A DNA stretch of 64,000 bases from Candidatus Heimdallarchaeota archaeon (GCA_019057815.1 JAHLWR010000002.1:192001-256000), one strand, 5' to 3'. Positions 29,106 through 39,799 are shown, counted from the first letter of the stretch. A program made the numbers and translations. The notes: generated from the sequence alone by a model not told the origin.

Positions 29106-29359
29106 TAACTACCGATTCAGTTTCTTACCTTATCTGATGAACAGTAAATTTAAACATTGCTATTTCTGGGAGCAAAACAGTTAAACTTTTTATAAGAATC
29201 AGAGAAATTATAAAAAAAGAAAAGAAAATACGTTATTTATGTAGCGAATTTCATGCAAGTAGTCAATTACTTACATTAAATTGTGTAACTTAAAGCCAAT
29301 CAAGGCTTCTTTTCTCAGATTTTTTTCCTCTTATTATTTGTTTGCATTATCAATCCGTT

Positions 29360-29581
29360 CTAGCTCTTTCCTTCTGTGACGATGAAGCATTTAACCAATT
29401 GTAAAATTGCTACTACCGCAAATAAGTAAGCCCAAAAGGCAAATACAGACCACCAATCAGAAGTCGAGGCTCCAAAAAATGCTTCATTCATCCCAAATTC
29501 TACTGACAAATCTAATATAGAGACAGCAGTAAAAAGAATGAATATGGATTGAAAAAATGACAAGATTCTATAACCAGCCAT
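29360..29581 (-). CDS. Small 2-TM membrane protein (paralog B)
   Basis: 73 aa; shares MAGY, FGM..AFFG.STS.WWS and ILQLVK with paralog A. Confidence 0.8.
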   Translation of the reverse strand: MAGYRILSFFQSIFILFTAVSILDLSVEFGMNEAFFGASTSDWWSVFAFWAYLFAVVAILQLVKCFIVTEGKS

Positions 29582-29629
29582 ATGGTTAATTAACAGTAAT
29601 CCTTTAAGAATATATCCAAATAAACTTGG

Positions 29630-30229
29630 ATGACTAAAACTAACTATTATTTCTTACAGAAAGAAGAATTTATCAATAACAATATATTCACTAAAATGAT
29701 GCCTAAATCCATTGAAAATCAGTTTACAGATGAGTTTATACAGAAAATAGATCGTTTTTTGGATAAAGCAAATGTTTTAGCTATTCTGGGTGTAGGAAAT
29801 GAAGATAATGGGGATGATGCGGTTGGTTTATACATAACGCGTATTTTACAGAAAGCAAGTTTAGCCAATTGGGTTGAAATTTTCTACTGTGAGCGTGTTC
29901 CTGAACATTTTTTAGGAAAACTAGACAAGTTAAAACCTAACAGGATAATAGTTCTAGATGCAACCGATATGAAAGAAATACCAGGAGCAATCGCAATATT
30001 TCCTAAAGAGATGATTTCTCAAGGTTATCATTTCTCAACTCACACACTCTCCTTAACAATGCTTGAAGAATTTTTAAAACCATCAATAAAAGATTTAAAA
30101 ACTTTATATGTGGGTATTCAACCAAAATATACTGTTTTTGAAACGCCTTTGTCAGAAGAATGTAAGAAGGAAGGAGAGGAGTTTGCAAAACTGCTTATAG
30201 AACGAATCAAGTTACGAAATGAAAAGTGA
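29630..30229 (+). CDS. hycI: Hydrogenase maturation protease HycI (start uncertain)
   Basis: ILGVGN...GDDAVG, PE.F, IVLDA, STH.LSL, VGIQP. Confidence 0.9.
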   Translation: MTKTNYYFLQKEEFINNNIFTKMMPKSIENQFTDEFIQKIDRFLDKANVLAILGVGNEDNGDDAVGLYITRILQKASLANWVEIFYCERVPEHFLGKLDKLKPNRIIVLDATDMKEIPGAIAIFPKEMISQGYHFSTHTLSLTMLEEFLKPSIKDLKTLYVGIQPKYTVFETPLSEECKKEGEEFAKLLIERIKLRNEK

Positions 30230-30442
30230 ATTTTTCTCGTTTTGCAAGAAAATAGAAGAATCCCACTGAAGGTAAATGCTATTTTACATACAGAAGAAGT
30301 GTTGTGTACTAGTTGCTACTTTATTTGGGACAGTTTTATCTTCAGTCGTTGCCATTATCGTAGATTTTATCTACTTAATTTTGTGAAAAAAATCATAGAT
30401 AAAAATAAAATTCTGAAATTAGAAAAAGAAGGAAAAGAGAGA

Positions 30443-30925
30443 TTATTGTTCTTGAGGTATTTCTTTTTTCTCAATCCCAATCAAATCTACTTTTAGTTTG
30501 CCAAGCAATGCTACAATAGCAGCTATTATGTTTTCTGGTCTAGGAGGACACCCATAAACCCAAGCATCTATAGGAAGCATCTTATCAATACCTCCAAGAA
30601 CAAAAGGGCATTCCTGGAATACTCCACCAGTCGTACAACAATTTCCCACTGCTACCACAAACTTAGGTGCAGGCATTTGCTCATATACTCTTTTTACCCT
30701 TTCCGCAACTTGTAATGTTACAGCTCCTGTTATTACTAATACTTCAGCTTGTCGAGGTGTTCCTCTTAGCAATATCCCATATTGTTCGAGATCAAACCTT
30801 GGTGTAAGAGCATCTACAATTTCAATATCACAGCCATTGCAACCACCAGCGTTCATATGAATAATCCATGGTGATCTTACTGCACAATTTACCGCAAGTT
30901 TTTTCAGCCAACCCATCATTCTCAA
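30443..30925 (-). CDS. Group 4 [NiFe] hydrogenase small subunit (NuoB/EchC-like)
   Basis: GGCNGCDIE, PRQA, AVGNC, GCPPRPE. Confidence 0.93.
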   Translation of the reverse strand: MRMMGWLKKLAVNCAVRSPWIIHMNAGGCNGCDIEIVDALTPRFDLEQYGILLRGTPRQAEVLVITGAVTLQVAERVKRVYEQMPAPKFVVAVGNCCTTGGVFQECPFVLGGIDKMLPIDAWVYGCPPRPENIIAAIVALLGKLKVDLIGIEKKEIPQEQ

Positions 30926-31395
30926 CTCCTGAACTCCTCAATCTCTTTGATTGTTTTTGCACCTTCTTCAATAACCTCTGCTAGTTTCTTTTCAGCTTTT
31001 TCACCTTTGAAGCTACCTTTAGCACAAATCATCTCATAGTCTTGTCTAACATTGAATGAGAACAAAGAAACAGACAAAGATGGTTCTCTATCAATGTGAA
31101 TTGCATCTTTTGGACAGTAGGTTTGACAATGCCCACACCACATACATTGAGGACGTAAAAGCCATATCATCCCATTATCTTTGTCATCTTTCTCCATCCA
31201 CAAACAATGAGTTGGACATACTTTTACACATGTTCCACACATTATACACTTTTCTTCGATAATTCTAGGAATAGTTCGAATATCTTCTGGAGGGGGATGT
31301 TTTTCTAGTCTTTCAGAAATATGTAATGTTACAGGTCCTTTTACTTGATTTTTTATTGCTTCTCCTCCCATCACTAGTAGTTTTTTCTTAGACAT
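30922..31395 (-). CDS. 2x[4Fe-4S] subunit (NuoI/EchF-like)
   Basis: CIMCGTCVKVCP and CMWCGHCQTYCP. Confidence 0.9.
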   Translation of the reverse strand: MSKKKLLVMGGEAIKNQVKGPVTLHISERLEKHPPPEDIRTIPRIIEEKCIMCGTCVKVCPTHCLWMEKDDKDNGMIWLLRPQCMWCGHCQTYCPKDAIHIDREPSLSVSLFSFNVRQDYEMICAKGSFKGEKAEKKLAEVIEEGAKTIKEIEEFRS

Positions 31396-31405
31396 TCATT
31401 TCACC

Positions 31406-32662
31406 TCAGAAAAAGGGTCTATTATATTTCTTTGCTTTTATAGCTTTTAGGGCAAATTCATCTTGCCCCATAATCTTCTTTTCACCAGTTGATTGGTTAA
31501 TTATCATCACTCTATTAGTGCAAGAGAAACAAGGATCATAGCTTCTAAGAATTACAGGCATATCAGCGATATATTCACCATCCATTCTTTTGAGTGTAGC
31601 ATCAATGTTACCCAAAGATGGTGCTCTTATTTTATATCTTTCCGGTTTATCTGTTCCATTAGCAATTCCGTAATGAATGTCCTCACCTCTAGGGGCTTCA
31701 GCTCTAGTCATGTATTTGCCTTCAGAAATTCGGGGTTTAACTCGTTGTAACAACTCTCCTGAAGCTGTTTCTAACCGATCCAGTATTTGATTAAGCATTC
31801 TAAGTGATTCTAGTGTTTCATCTAGTCTAACTAAAGTTGTTGCTAGTACGTCTCCTTCAGTATAATAAACTAAGTTCCAATCAATATCGTCATACAGTTC
31901 ATAGGGGAAAGTTTTTCTGATATCATATGGCAATCCTGATCCTCTAGCGGTAGGTCCATTAGGTGTTAGTTTCTTTGCATCTTCTTTTGTTAAGACACCT
32001 ACATTTTCTAGCCTATTTACTATGGATGCTTCTTCTGTAAATACTTTCTTATGATATTCAACTTGTTTTATTAAATCATTAATCATTGGCCTTGCTTTGT
32101 CAGCTCTTTCTTTAGGAAGATCTCTCTTCACACCACCAATCAACATCAGTGCTGGATTTACTCTATTTCCAGAGATATCTTCAACTATATCCATGATTAT
32201 CTCACGGTCCCTCCAAGTCACGTGGAATAAGGTGTCAAATCCAGTATCATGAGCAAGTATTCCATACCACAACATGTGTGAATGTACTCGTTCTGCTTCA
32301 CAACTAAACATGCGTATTAATCTAGCTCTTTCGGAGATTTGATCTTCAATACCAGCCAAACGTTCAACTAGACGAACATAGACATTCTGGTGAACAGCAC
32401 TGCAGATACCACAGGCTCGAGGAATAAGCATGGTGTTTTGACGCCAAGTACGCGCTTCCATCGCTTTTTCCATTCCACGGAGGTTAAAACCTATACGAAT
32501 ATTCGCTTCAACCACACGCTCACCTTTTACATGAATAATGAAGTGAGCAGGTTCTTCTGCCCAAGGATGTTGAGGTCCTACGAAAATATGGTGATCAGCT
32601 CCAAGAGGGGCATCGCTACCATCTGTTAGTACTCTAAATCTTGATCTAAAATCTTCTGCCAT
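31406..32662 (-). CDS. Group 4 [NiFe] hydrogenase large subunit
   Basis: GPQHP, RG.EK, RACGIC (L1), EAPRG, DPCFSCTNR (L2) plus C-terminal extension. Confidence 0.95.
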   Translation of the reverse strand: MAEDFRSRFRVLTDGSDAPLGADHHIFVGPQHPWAEEPAHFIIHVKGERVVEANIRIGFNLRGMEKAMEARTWRQNTMLIPRACGICSAVHQNVYVRLVERLAGIEDQISERARLIRMFSCEAERVHSHMLWYGILAHDTGFDTLFHVTWRDREIIMDIVEDISGNRVNPALMLIGGVKRDLPKERADKARPMINDLIKQVEYHKKVFTEEASIVNRLENVGVLTKEDAKKLTPNGPTARGSGLPYDIRKTFPYELYDDIDWNLVYYTEGDVLATTLVRLDETLESLRMLNQILDRLETASGELLQRVKPRISEGKYMTRAEAPRGEDIHYGIANGTDKPERYKIRAPSLGNIDATLKRMDGEYIADMPVILRSYDPCFSCTNRVMIINQSTGEKKIMGQDEFALKAIKAKKYNRPFF

Positions 32663-32664
32663 AC

Positions 32665-33195
32665 TTAATCATCCTCTGATATCTGTTTTGCTAGATTCAG
32701 TGTGATTTCTCTTATCTGTTCCCAGCTATATTCTTTTTTCATCGGTCTTACATCATCTGGCCATTTCTCTGGAAGTATTAACCGTTCCATGAATGGATGG
32801 TCATTAAAGTAAATCCCATAGAAATCGTAACATTCACGTTCATAATAATCAGCTGCTACAAAGAAGTCTATCATACTTGGTGTTTTTGGATTATCTTTGT
32901 CAATTTTAGTAATGATGAAGTTAATTGGTATTTCTTTAACTTCTTCTTCTATTCGATGTTGTATATGATAACAAACATTGAATGAATCATCTTTTTCGTA
33001 GGCTGATATTGTTGTGAGATGATAAATTCCCGCGTCATCATGAAGAATTTTCATTAAAGCGTATGCTTTTTCAAAAGGGCTTATTATATCAAAATGCCCT
33101 TCTTCGACCTTAACTACTTCTTCTACAAAATCTTTAGGTATAGTTATGTTCAAAATATTCTCTAATTCACTGAGTGCATCACTCATAAGAGTCAA
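32665..33195 (-). CDS. NuoC/EchD-like hydrogenase subunit
   Basis: YERECYDFYGI.F..HP..RLILP..WP...P. Confidence 0.9.
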   Translation of the reverse strand: MTLMSDALSELENILNITIPKDFVEEVVKVEEGHFDIISPFEKAYALMKILHDDAGIYHLTTISAYEKDDSFNVCYHIQHRIEEEVKEIPINFIITKIDKDNPKTPSMIDFFVAADYYERECYDFYGIYFNDHPFMERLILPEKWPDDVRPMKKEYSWEQIREITLNLAKQISEDD

Positions 33196-33313
33196 CTCTA
33201 GATATGCTATTGTAGGATTTTGCTAGCTATAAAAAAAGGTTATGCTTCACAAATACAAAAAAATAATTTTTTGTGATATTTACATAGCTAATAAAAAGAA
33301 AAAAAGGTTAATC

Positions 33314-34000
33314 CTAACCTGTATGAACAAGAACATAATCATTATCTTTGTATTGTTCAGGAATCTCTTGTAAATAGTAACCTCGTATTTGTAGAGCAAG
33401 AAGATTGGAAAAAGCCCAAGGCATCATATTATAGCTTTTATAGCTGAAAACTTCATCAGAAATCCACTTTCCTTCTTTTTCTTTATTCTTTATCCACTCA
33501 CTAATGGAAATGAATCTTCCCGTATAAAGGACACCTATAGATTTTTCAAAAAGCCCAGGTATAGAACGAATAAGGTTTTTACTCAGAATTTCATTATCTT
33601 TGTCATCGGTCTCCAGAAGCGCCTTTAATATCTCAGCTTTTATAGTGTCATTACTACCGACTGAAGGTTTCATGGTTGGAAACCTTTCAAATGCAGGATC
33701 TATAGCTTTTTCCTCACATAGAAAGGCTCTTTCCATCACGTTTCTGAATTTATACCCTCTAATACATAGAACAATAATATAGGAAATTTCAGCATTACTT
33801 AGTTTTTCATTTCGTTTAACAAAATCTATCCCGTCTTTTATGCTCATAGGGGTTATTGAGTCTCCTCTACATTCTTCCGAATCTAAAATTTCAGGTAAAT
33901 TACTGGACAAATTTGTATACAAAAATTGGTTTGATTTGGTGCTAAAATCGACTATGTTTCTCAAAATTTGAGCATCGGCAGCATTATCTCCAAATATCAT
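33314..34000 (-). CDS. Hypothetical protein within the hydrogenase locus
   Basis: 228-aa ORF co-oriented between hypC and the nuoC-like gene; no family recognised. Confidence 0.7.
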   Translation of the reverse strand: MIFGDNAADAQILRNIVDFSTKSNQFLYTNLSSNLPEILDSEECRGDSITPMSIKDGIDFVKRNEKLSNAEISYIIVLCIRGYKFRNVMERAFLCEEKAIDPAFERFPTMKPSVGSNDTIKAEILKALLETDDKDNEILSKNLIRSIPGLFEKSIGVLYTGRFISISEWIKNKEKEGKWISDEVFSYKSYNMMPWAFSNLLALQIRGYYLQEIPEQYKDNDYVLVHTG

Positions 34001-34076
34001 TTCATGAGATATAGAAATACTTTCTATTTAACTTATTCGGATTTTTAACCAAAAAAATGACAAGTAAATAATGTTA

Positions 34077-34298
34077 TTAAGCTTGAAGTAGTTCGTCCCA
34101 TAACTTAAGATCTTCTTTTGCTTGCTTTTTATCAAGCTTGGAAATGACAAAACCAGTATGAACAAGAACATAATCCTCGATTTCAAGAGTTTCTTCTAAC
34201 AAGGAAATATCAGCTTCACGCCTTACACCAGTGATATCAACAATAATTCGGTTATTTTTCAATATTTCACAAACTTTAGCGGGGATAGCTAAACACAT
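34077..34298 (-). CDS. hypC: Hydrogenase chaperone HypC
   Basis: MCLAIPA, GVRRE, DYVLVHTGF. Confidence 0.96.
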   Translation of the reverse strand: MCLAIPAKVCEILKNNRIIVDITGVRREADISLLEETLEIEDYVLVHTGFVISKLDKKQAKEDLKLWDELLQA

Positions 34299-34362
34299 GG
34301 GTATCTAAAGTTCCTCTAACTAGATATTAATTAACTTTTGTTATACAGCAATTAATCCGGTT

Positions 34363-35496
34363 TCACAAATCTATTTCCTCATAAGTAGCAGCAACATTAC
34401 ATGTTCCTTCATGACTGACCATACAAGCTCCAATGGGGTGATCAGGGCGACACGATTTCATAAATAACTTGCACTCAGAAGGCTTTGTTTTTCCAATTAA
34501 AATCTCATCACATAAGCACCCTTTATGTAAATCAGTCAGTGGTAAATCTGGAATGGTATATTTTTTCTTTGCATCAATATGAGCATATTTTTTACTTATT
34601 TCATGTCCGGTTTTAGGCCAAACACCCAGCCCTCTCCAACGTGCGTCAGATATCACAAATGCATCATCCAAAGCTCTAATAGCTGCGAGATTTCCTTCTT
34701 CTTTCACATACCTCTTGTAAACATTATCAACTTTGGGCTTATTTTCACGAATTTGTTTAAGTAGAGAATAAATACCTAACAAAATATCTACAGGTTCAAA
34801 ACCAGCGACAGCAACAGGAAAATTATATTTCTCGGGTACAAAATCATAAGGTTTACTACCAATAATTGTTGATACATGACCAGGAGCGAGAAAACCATGA
34901 AATTCAATATCATCACGTTGCATAAGCAGTTCCATGGCAGGGGGGATAAGTTTGTGAGAAGAATAAATGCTGAAATTAGGTATAGACGTTCTAATAACTT
35001 CTGCGGCTGTAATACTGGAAGTTGTTTCGAAACCTACGCTAAAGAAAATAATATCCGTTTTAGGATTCTTTTCAGCAATTTTTATAGCATCACTTACACT
35101 ATAAACAACACGAATATCGACTCCTCTACCCTTAGCTTGATAGAGAGACTCAGTTGAGCCAGGAACACGCATCATATCACCAAAGGTAGTAATAATAGCA
35201 CCGTGAGTGTCAGCAACCCAGAGAACTTCATCAATATCTTGGGCACTACAGACACATACTGGGCAGCCTGGACCTGCTATTAATTCTACTTCTTTTGGTA
35301 TTAACGAACGTAGTCCTGCCTTTACAAGATCATGTTCATGTGTCCCACATACATGCATGAGACGTACAGGATTGCCTATTTGCCCTATTTCTTTATTTAT
35401 CTTTTTCAACAAAATTTCTGTCACATGCTTACTTCGATATCTTTCTGTTGGGTCAGACATTTTACTCATATCCACTTTTCTTTCTGTTTTTCGCAA
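34363..35496 (-). CDS. hypD: Hydrogenase maturation protein HypD (likely ATG start 35469)
   Basis: MHVCGTH, GPGCPVC, GFETT, PGHVS, PIGACMVSHEGTC. Confidence 0.96.
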   Translation of the reverse strand: MRKTERKVDMSKMSDPTERYRSKHVTEILLKKINKEIGQIGNPVRLMHVCGTHEHDLVKAGLRSLIPKEVELIAGPGCPVCVCSAQDIDEVLWVADTHGAIITTFGDMMRVPGSTESLYQAKGRGVDIRVVYSVSDAIKIAEKNPKTDIIFFSVGFETTSSITAAEVIRTSIPNFSIYSSHKLIPPAMELLMQRDDIEFHGFLAPGHVSTIIGSKPYDFVPEKYNFPVAVAGFEPVDILLGIYSLLKQIRENKPKVDNVYKRYVKEEGNLAAIRALDDAFVISDARWRGLGVWPKTGHEISKKYAHIDAKKKYTIPDLPLTDLHKGCLCDEILIGKTKPSECKLFMKSCRPDHPIGACMVSHEGTCNVAATYEEIDL

Positions 35497-35803
35497 ATCA
35501 TTGAGGGATAAATAATTTCTTCTCTATGACAAAAATTTCTTTTACTTACTAAAAACCTCAATTGTATAAATGTTTCACTCTTTCATTATTATACTCTTTA
35601 GTTTTGTTAATTTAACGGCTCCAATAACTTTTGAAGATATAATATAGTGTATTAACTATTGTAAACAATCAAATTGAAATTAATTCTTTTTATCCTATTT
35701 TACCCCCCCTAAAGAATGAATTCTGGTTTTTCTATTTAATTATACTTTTATATGTGATGCCTATCTTCTACTTTAAATGGAAATAATTTCTGGTGAAATA
35801 TAG

Positions 35804-36355
35804 ATGAAAGTTTTGATAGTATATTACAGTGAAACAGGTAATACAAAAAAGATAGCTGAAGCTATTTATGAAGTTACATTACAAAATCATGATACCCATC
35901 TTAAGAATCTCAAAGAGGTTAAAGTAGATGATTTAAATAATTATGATTTAGTTTTCTTGGGGTCTGCATGTCATAGCGCTGATTTAGCTCCTCCAGTTTT
36001 AAAATTCTTGGAAAAAACTCCTACTTCTCCTGATTTCAAGCTTGCAGGATTCTTTACTCATTCAGTTATTCCTCCAAAGGGAAGTGAGATAAATGAGTCA
36101 TTATATGAAAAATGGGCAGGAAAATGTGGTAAAGCATTTGAAAAAACCAAGACAGAAAAGGAAGTAGATTTTAAAGGATACTTTAGATGTCGGGGAGCAC
36201 CTTCACCTGCTATAGAAGAGTTCATTCATAAAAGTATAATAACAGATGAAAATGAGTTTCAGAAATATGTAGAGGAAGCAAGGAAGCATCCAGATGAGAC
36301 AGATATAGAGGATGCTAAAAAATTCGCTCAGGAAATACTGAAAATTTCTCTCTAA
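35804..36355 (+). CDS. Flavodoxin-like protein
   Basis: YYSETGNTKKIAEAI, YDLVFLGS, HPD..D...A. Confidence 0.88.
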   Translation: MKVLIVYYSETGNTKKIAEAIYEVTLQNHDTHLKNLKEVKVDDLNNYDLVFLGSACHSADLAPPVLKFLEKTPTSPDFKLAGFFTHSVIPPKGSEINESLYEKWAGKCGKAFEKTKTEKEVDFKGYFRCRGAPSPAIEEFIHKSIITDENEFQKYVEEARKHPDETDIEDAKKFAQEILKISL

Positions 36356-36468
36356 ATTATTATGACACTTTAGCTTGACACAAGTTTATTTCTAGTAAAA
36401 GAAAATTGTTCCATCTTTTTTGTTATATCTATTAAAATGAAAAAGAAAAAGAAAAGAAAAAAGGAAGT

Positions 36469-37980
36469 TTAAGTCCACAAGGGTAGCAATCCTTGAACAG
36501 CATCGACTATGTATTCAAAGACTTTTCCTGGCCATACACCTAATAGAATGACAATTACCATCATTATTGTAAGTGGTATTGCTTCAAATTTGGGTATTTT
36601 TAGTTTTTCCTCAGCTTTTGCTTCTGGTGGGTCAAATACTATGTATTTGAGTATATATAAGTAACCTCCAAGAGCCAGTACAGAGTTAATCACAGCAAAT
36701 ATTACCAATATAAGGTTCATTATTTGAGCGTGATTACCACTATAGACTGATAGGATGACTAAAAGTTTTGATACAAAACCGCCTGTTATGGGTATTCCTG
36801 CTAGAGACAAAAGACTTGTTGTCAGGACTATAGCAATAAAAGGCGACCTTCTGCCTAATCCTTTCATATTTCGAATATCTCTTGAGCCTACAGCTGCTAT
36901 CATGGTTCCGCTGAGTAAAAACAGAGCTCCTTTTCCTAATGAATGGGTAAAGATGTGCATAACAGAAGCTTCTAACCCAATTGCGGTTCCAGCACCAATA
37001 CCTAAAATCACGTAACCAAGATGTACAGTAGTTGAATAGGCCAATATTCGTTTTAAGTCTATTATATCCTTCCGTTTGAATTGAGAGAATACTAAGTAGT
37101 TCCCTTCAATCATTGTAAGGATACCTAACCAAGATATGAATACTGAAGTGTTTGGAAGGAAGTTTCCATTGCCTGAGAATCCCCAGAATATCGTTCTATA
37201 TATTGCAAAAGCACCAGCTTTAACTACAATACCAGAAAGTAATGCGGAGATTGTTGAAGGCGCATTGGAATGTGCATCAGGTAGCCATGCATTCAAGAAT
37301 AACATAGCAGCTGTTACACCGAAACCTACAATATACAAGGCACTAATAACACCTGTAATCTTACCAATTGGAGCCATTCCAACTAGAGCATCAAAGCTTA
37401 CAGTTCCATAGTAACCATAGGTTAAAGCAGTGGCCAATAACACGAGCATACTTCCAACTGTTGACATTAAGAAATACTTGAGTGAGGCTTCTACAGCTCC
37501 GCGTTTTGCACGATCAAAAGCAACTAACGAATATGCACTTAGGGCAAATAATTCCCAACCAATAAACAGTGTAAAGAAGTTAGAAGACATAACGACAGCT
37601 GATAGACCTGTTAATAGTGTAAGAATCAGAGCATAGTAGTATCCTAAGCCGTTCTTTCCTTTCATATAGTCAACACTGAAAAGTACAGCCATTAGTACTA
37701 AGAAACTAAATATTGAAATCAATATCGCTTCCAAGTTTCCATATTTGCCAAATTCTAGCAATTTATCGTCAGTAGTGTTAAGTTTCTTGAAATTATCTAC
37801 AAATATCGATATTATTGCTAAGACAAAGACAGTAAGTGCAACGACATTAGCAAAAATATGGTTTAGACAATCAGTACAAATCCCCATTTTCTTTAGGTAT
37901 TTTCGCATCTGTTCAAATAACACTAGCAGGACTGCTCCAACAATTGGAACAATTAGTATAAGAGAGAGATAGGTTATCAT
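36469..37980 (-). CDS. Antiporter-like membrane subunit (NuoN/MrpD/MbhH-like)
   Basis: WELF, EASLKY, WLPDAH..AP..ISALLSG..VK, KRILAYST, SLAGIP..GFVSK. Confidence 0.88.
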   Translation of the reverse strand: MITYLSLILIVPIVGAVLLVLFEQMRKYLKKMGICTDCLNHIFANVVALTVFVLAIISIFVDNFKKLNTTDDKLLEFGKYGNLEAILISIFSFLVLMAVLFSVDYMKGKNGLGYYYALILTLLTGLSAVVMSSNFFTLFIGWELFALSAYSLVAFDRAKRGAVEASLKYFLMSTVGSMLVLLATALTYGYYGTVSFDALVGMAPIGKITGVISALYIVGFGVTAAMLFLNAWLPDAHSNAPSTISALLSGIVVKAGAFAIYRTIFWGFSGNGNFLPNTSVFISWLGILTMIEGNYLVFSQFKRKDIIDLKRILAYSTTVHLGYVILGIGAGTAIGLEASVMHIFTHSLGKGALFLLSGTMIAAVGSRDIRNMKGLGRRSPFIAIVLTTSLLSLAGIPITGGFVSKLLVILSVYSGNHAQIMNLILVIFAVINSVLALGGYLYILKYIVFDPPEAKAEEKLKIPKFEAIPLTIMMVIVILLGVWPGKVFEYIVDAVQGLLPLWT

Positions 37981-39794
37981 TAGACAATCACCACCAAAAC
38001 AACAATGGCAGCTATAGCTACCAATGATCCTAGAACCATGTTCCAGTTAATTTTACCAGTCTTCAAGAAGGAGAATTGTTTTCCTATCCAGAAAGTTGGT
38101 TTAACAAAGACATAATCATAGAAATGATCAATGTAGTATCCATTTGCAACAAAAGATCTTACAGCTTTTAGAGCTTTGTTGGTTTCAATGAATTTGACTT
38201 CAGTTTGTCCTTTACCGTACATTAGAAAGGCACTGCCGATTCCTAATAATAAAGCACCAATTGCTATAATAAATGGTACAACATTGAAATCTCTTATCAA
38301 AGCATAAGGATCAGAGTGTTCTCCCATAAAGTTGTGTAAGGGACCTTCGATAAAGAAACCCGTGGCAACGACTAGGACAGCTAGAATTCCCAAAGCGATT
38401 CTCATTATGTATTTAGGCTTGTGTACTTGAGCTCCACGATTTTTTCCATGGAAAATCATTAAGAACATCCTTGTAGCGTATAAAGCTGTCAAGAAGGCTG
38501 TAAGTATAGCTATAATGAAGACAAACCATGAACCATTATCATAAGCTACAGTGATAATCATCTCTTTGGAATATCCACCATTCGTAAGTATTGGAATACC
38601 AATCAAACCAAGGACACCAACTAATGCGAAACCATAAACCCATGGTAATTCCTTTCGGAGACCACCCATCTTTTTAATATTTCTTTCATTAGCTAGAGAA
38701 TGAATTATTGCACCAGCTGATAGGAAGAGCAATGCTTTGAAAATGGAGTGAGAGAATAAGTGCATTTCACCTGCAAATAATCCTTTACCCTCTGAATCGC
38801 GTATTGTTAAAGCTAAGAACATGTAACTCAACTGAGAGATAGTACTATAAGCTAAGACTCTCTTCAAATCTGTAGTAACAAGAGCAGCAATTGCGGCTAA
38901 GACACATGAAACTCCAGCTATTATCATTAGTAGAACATAGAAGACTGTTTCATTCCATATTGGGCTGAATCGAGCTACTAAATATATACCAGCTTTGACC
39001 ATTGTTGCGGCATGTATAAGAGCTGAAACGGTTGTAGGGCCTTGCATAGCATCAATGTCTACAGTATCACCAGAACTTAACCAAGATTGAAGTGGAAATT
39101 GTGCTGATTTTGACACAGGTGCCAACAAGAGTAATATACTCATCACTATAGGATAACTTCCACCTAGTAGAGGTGAAGTAGGATCGATTATTAGACTGTG
39201 GGGTGTTGTACTGAAGTATGCAAAAGCTAGGAAAGCAAGAAATCCAACATCACCAATACCAGTCATAAGAAGAGCTTTTATACCGCTCTTTGCTGGTTTT
39301 GCACCTTCTTCGCCTTTCTTCATGTAGAAGTGACCTATTAGGAAACAAGAGCACAAACCTACGATTTCCCATCCAATAAATAGGAAAATCATATCATGAG
39401 CAAGTACTAAAAGCAACATTCCTCCAACAAACAATTGTAAGAAGAACCAGTATCGGGTACGATATTTGTCTCCAGCCATATATTCTAGAGAGAAGAAAGC
39501 TATCAACATGCTGAGCACAGATACAATCAAAGTCATCAATACTGATAACGGATCAAGATAGAACCCAGATTCTATACCATTACTTCCTACCCAATCTAGC
39601 CAAGCAAAATCGTGAGAGATAGGTTCTCCACCATATAAGATGAAAATTATCACCGCGGAAATTGCCGAAACAGCTATAGTAGTTACACCAAAAACATCTC
39701 GAACAGCTGACCATTTCTTTAGTAAGGGTACTATAAATGCACCTATTATCGGAGATAAAATCGCTATTATTGTAAAGATAAATATTGTTTCCAT
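37980..39794 (-). CDS. Antiporter-like membrane subunit (NuoL/MrpA-like)
   Basis: GWEIVGLCS.FLIG, KSAQFPL, AMQGPTTVSALIHAATMVKAG, KRVLAYSTISQL, HSIFKALLFL. Confidence 0.92.
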   Translation of the reverse strand: METIFIFTIIAILSPIIGAFIVPLLKKWSAVRDVFGVTTIAVSAISAVIIFILYGGEPISHDFAWLDWVGSNGIESGFYLDPLSVLMTLIVSVLSMLIAFFSLEYMAGDKYRTRYWFFLQLFVGGMLLLVLAHDMIFLFIGWEIVGLCSCFLIGHFYMKKGEEGAKPAKSGIKALLMTGIGDVGFLAFLAFAYFSTTPHSLIIDPTSPLLGGSYPIVMSILLLLAPVSKSAQFPLQSWLSSGDTVDIDAMQGPTTVSALIHAATMVKAGIYLVARFSPIWNETVFYVLLMIIAGVSCVLAAIAALVTTDLKRVLAYSTISQLSYMFLALTIRDSEGKGLFAGEMHLFSHSIFKALLFLSAGAIIHSLANERNIKKMGGLRKELPWVYGFALVGVLGLIGIPILTNGGYSKEMIITVAYDNGSWFVFIIAILTAFLTALYATRMFLMIFHGKNRGAQVHKPKYIMRIALGILAVLVVATGFFIEGPLHNFMGEHSDPYALIRDFNVVPFIIAIGALLLGIGSAFLMYGKGQTEVKFIETNKALKAVRSFVANGYYIDHFYDYVFVKPTFWIGKQFSFLKTGKINWNMVLGSLVAIAAIVVLVVIV

Positions 39795-39799
39795 TTATT

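Noticed and set aside
28867-29184. 105-aa ORF from the track
   Set aside because: Antisense to the SRP RNA, TTG start, no recognisable protein features
30242-30496. 84-aa ORF between hycI and the small subunit
   Set aside because: TTG start, convergent overlap with the hydrogenase gene, no motif
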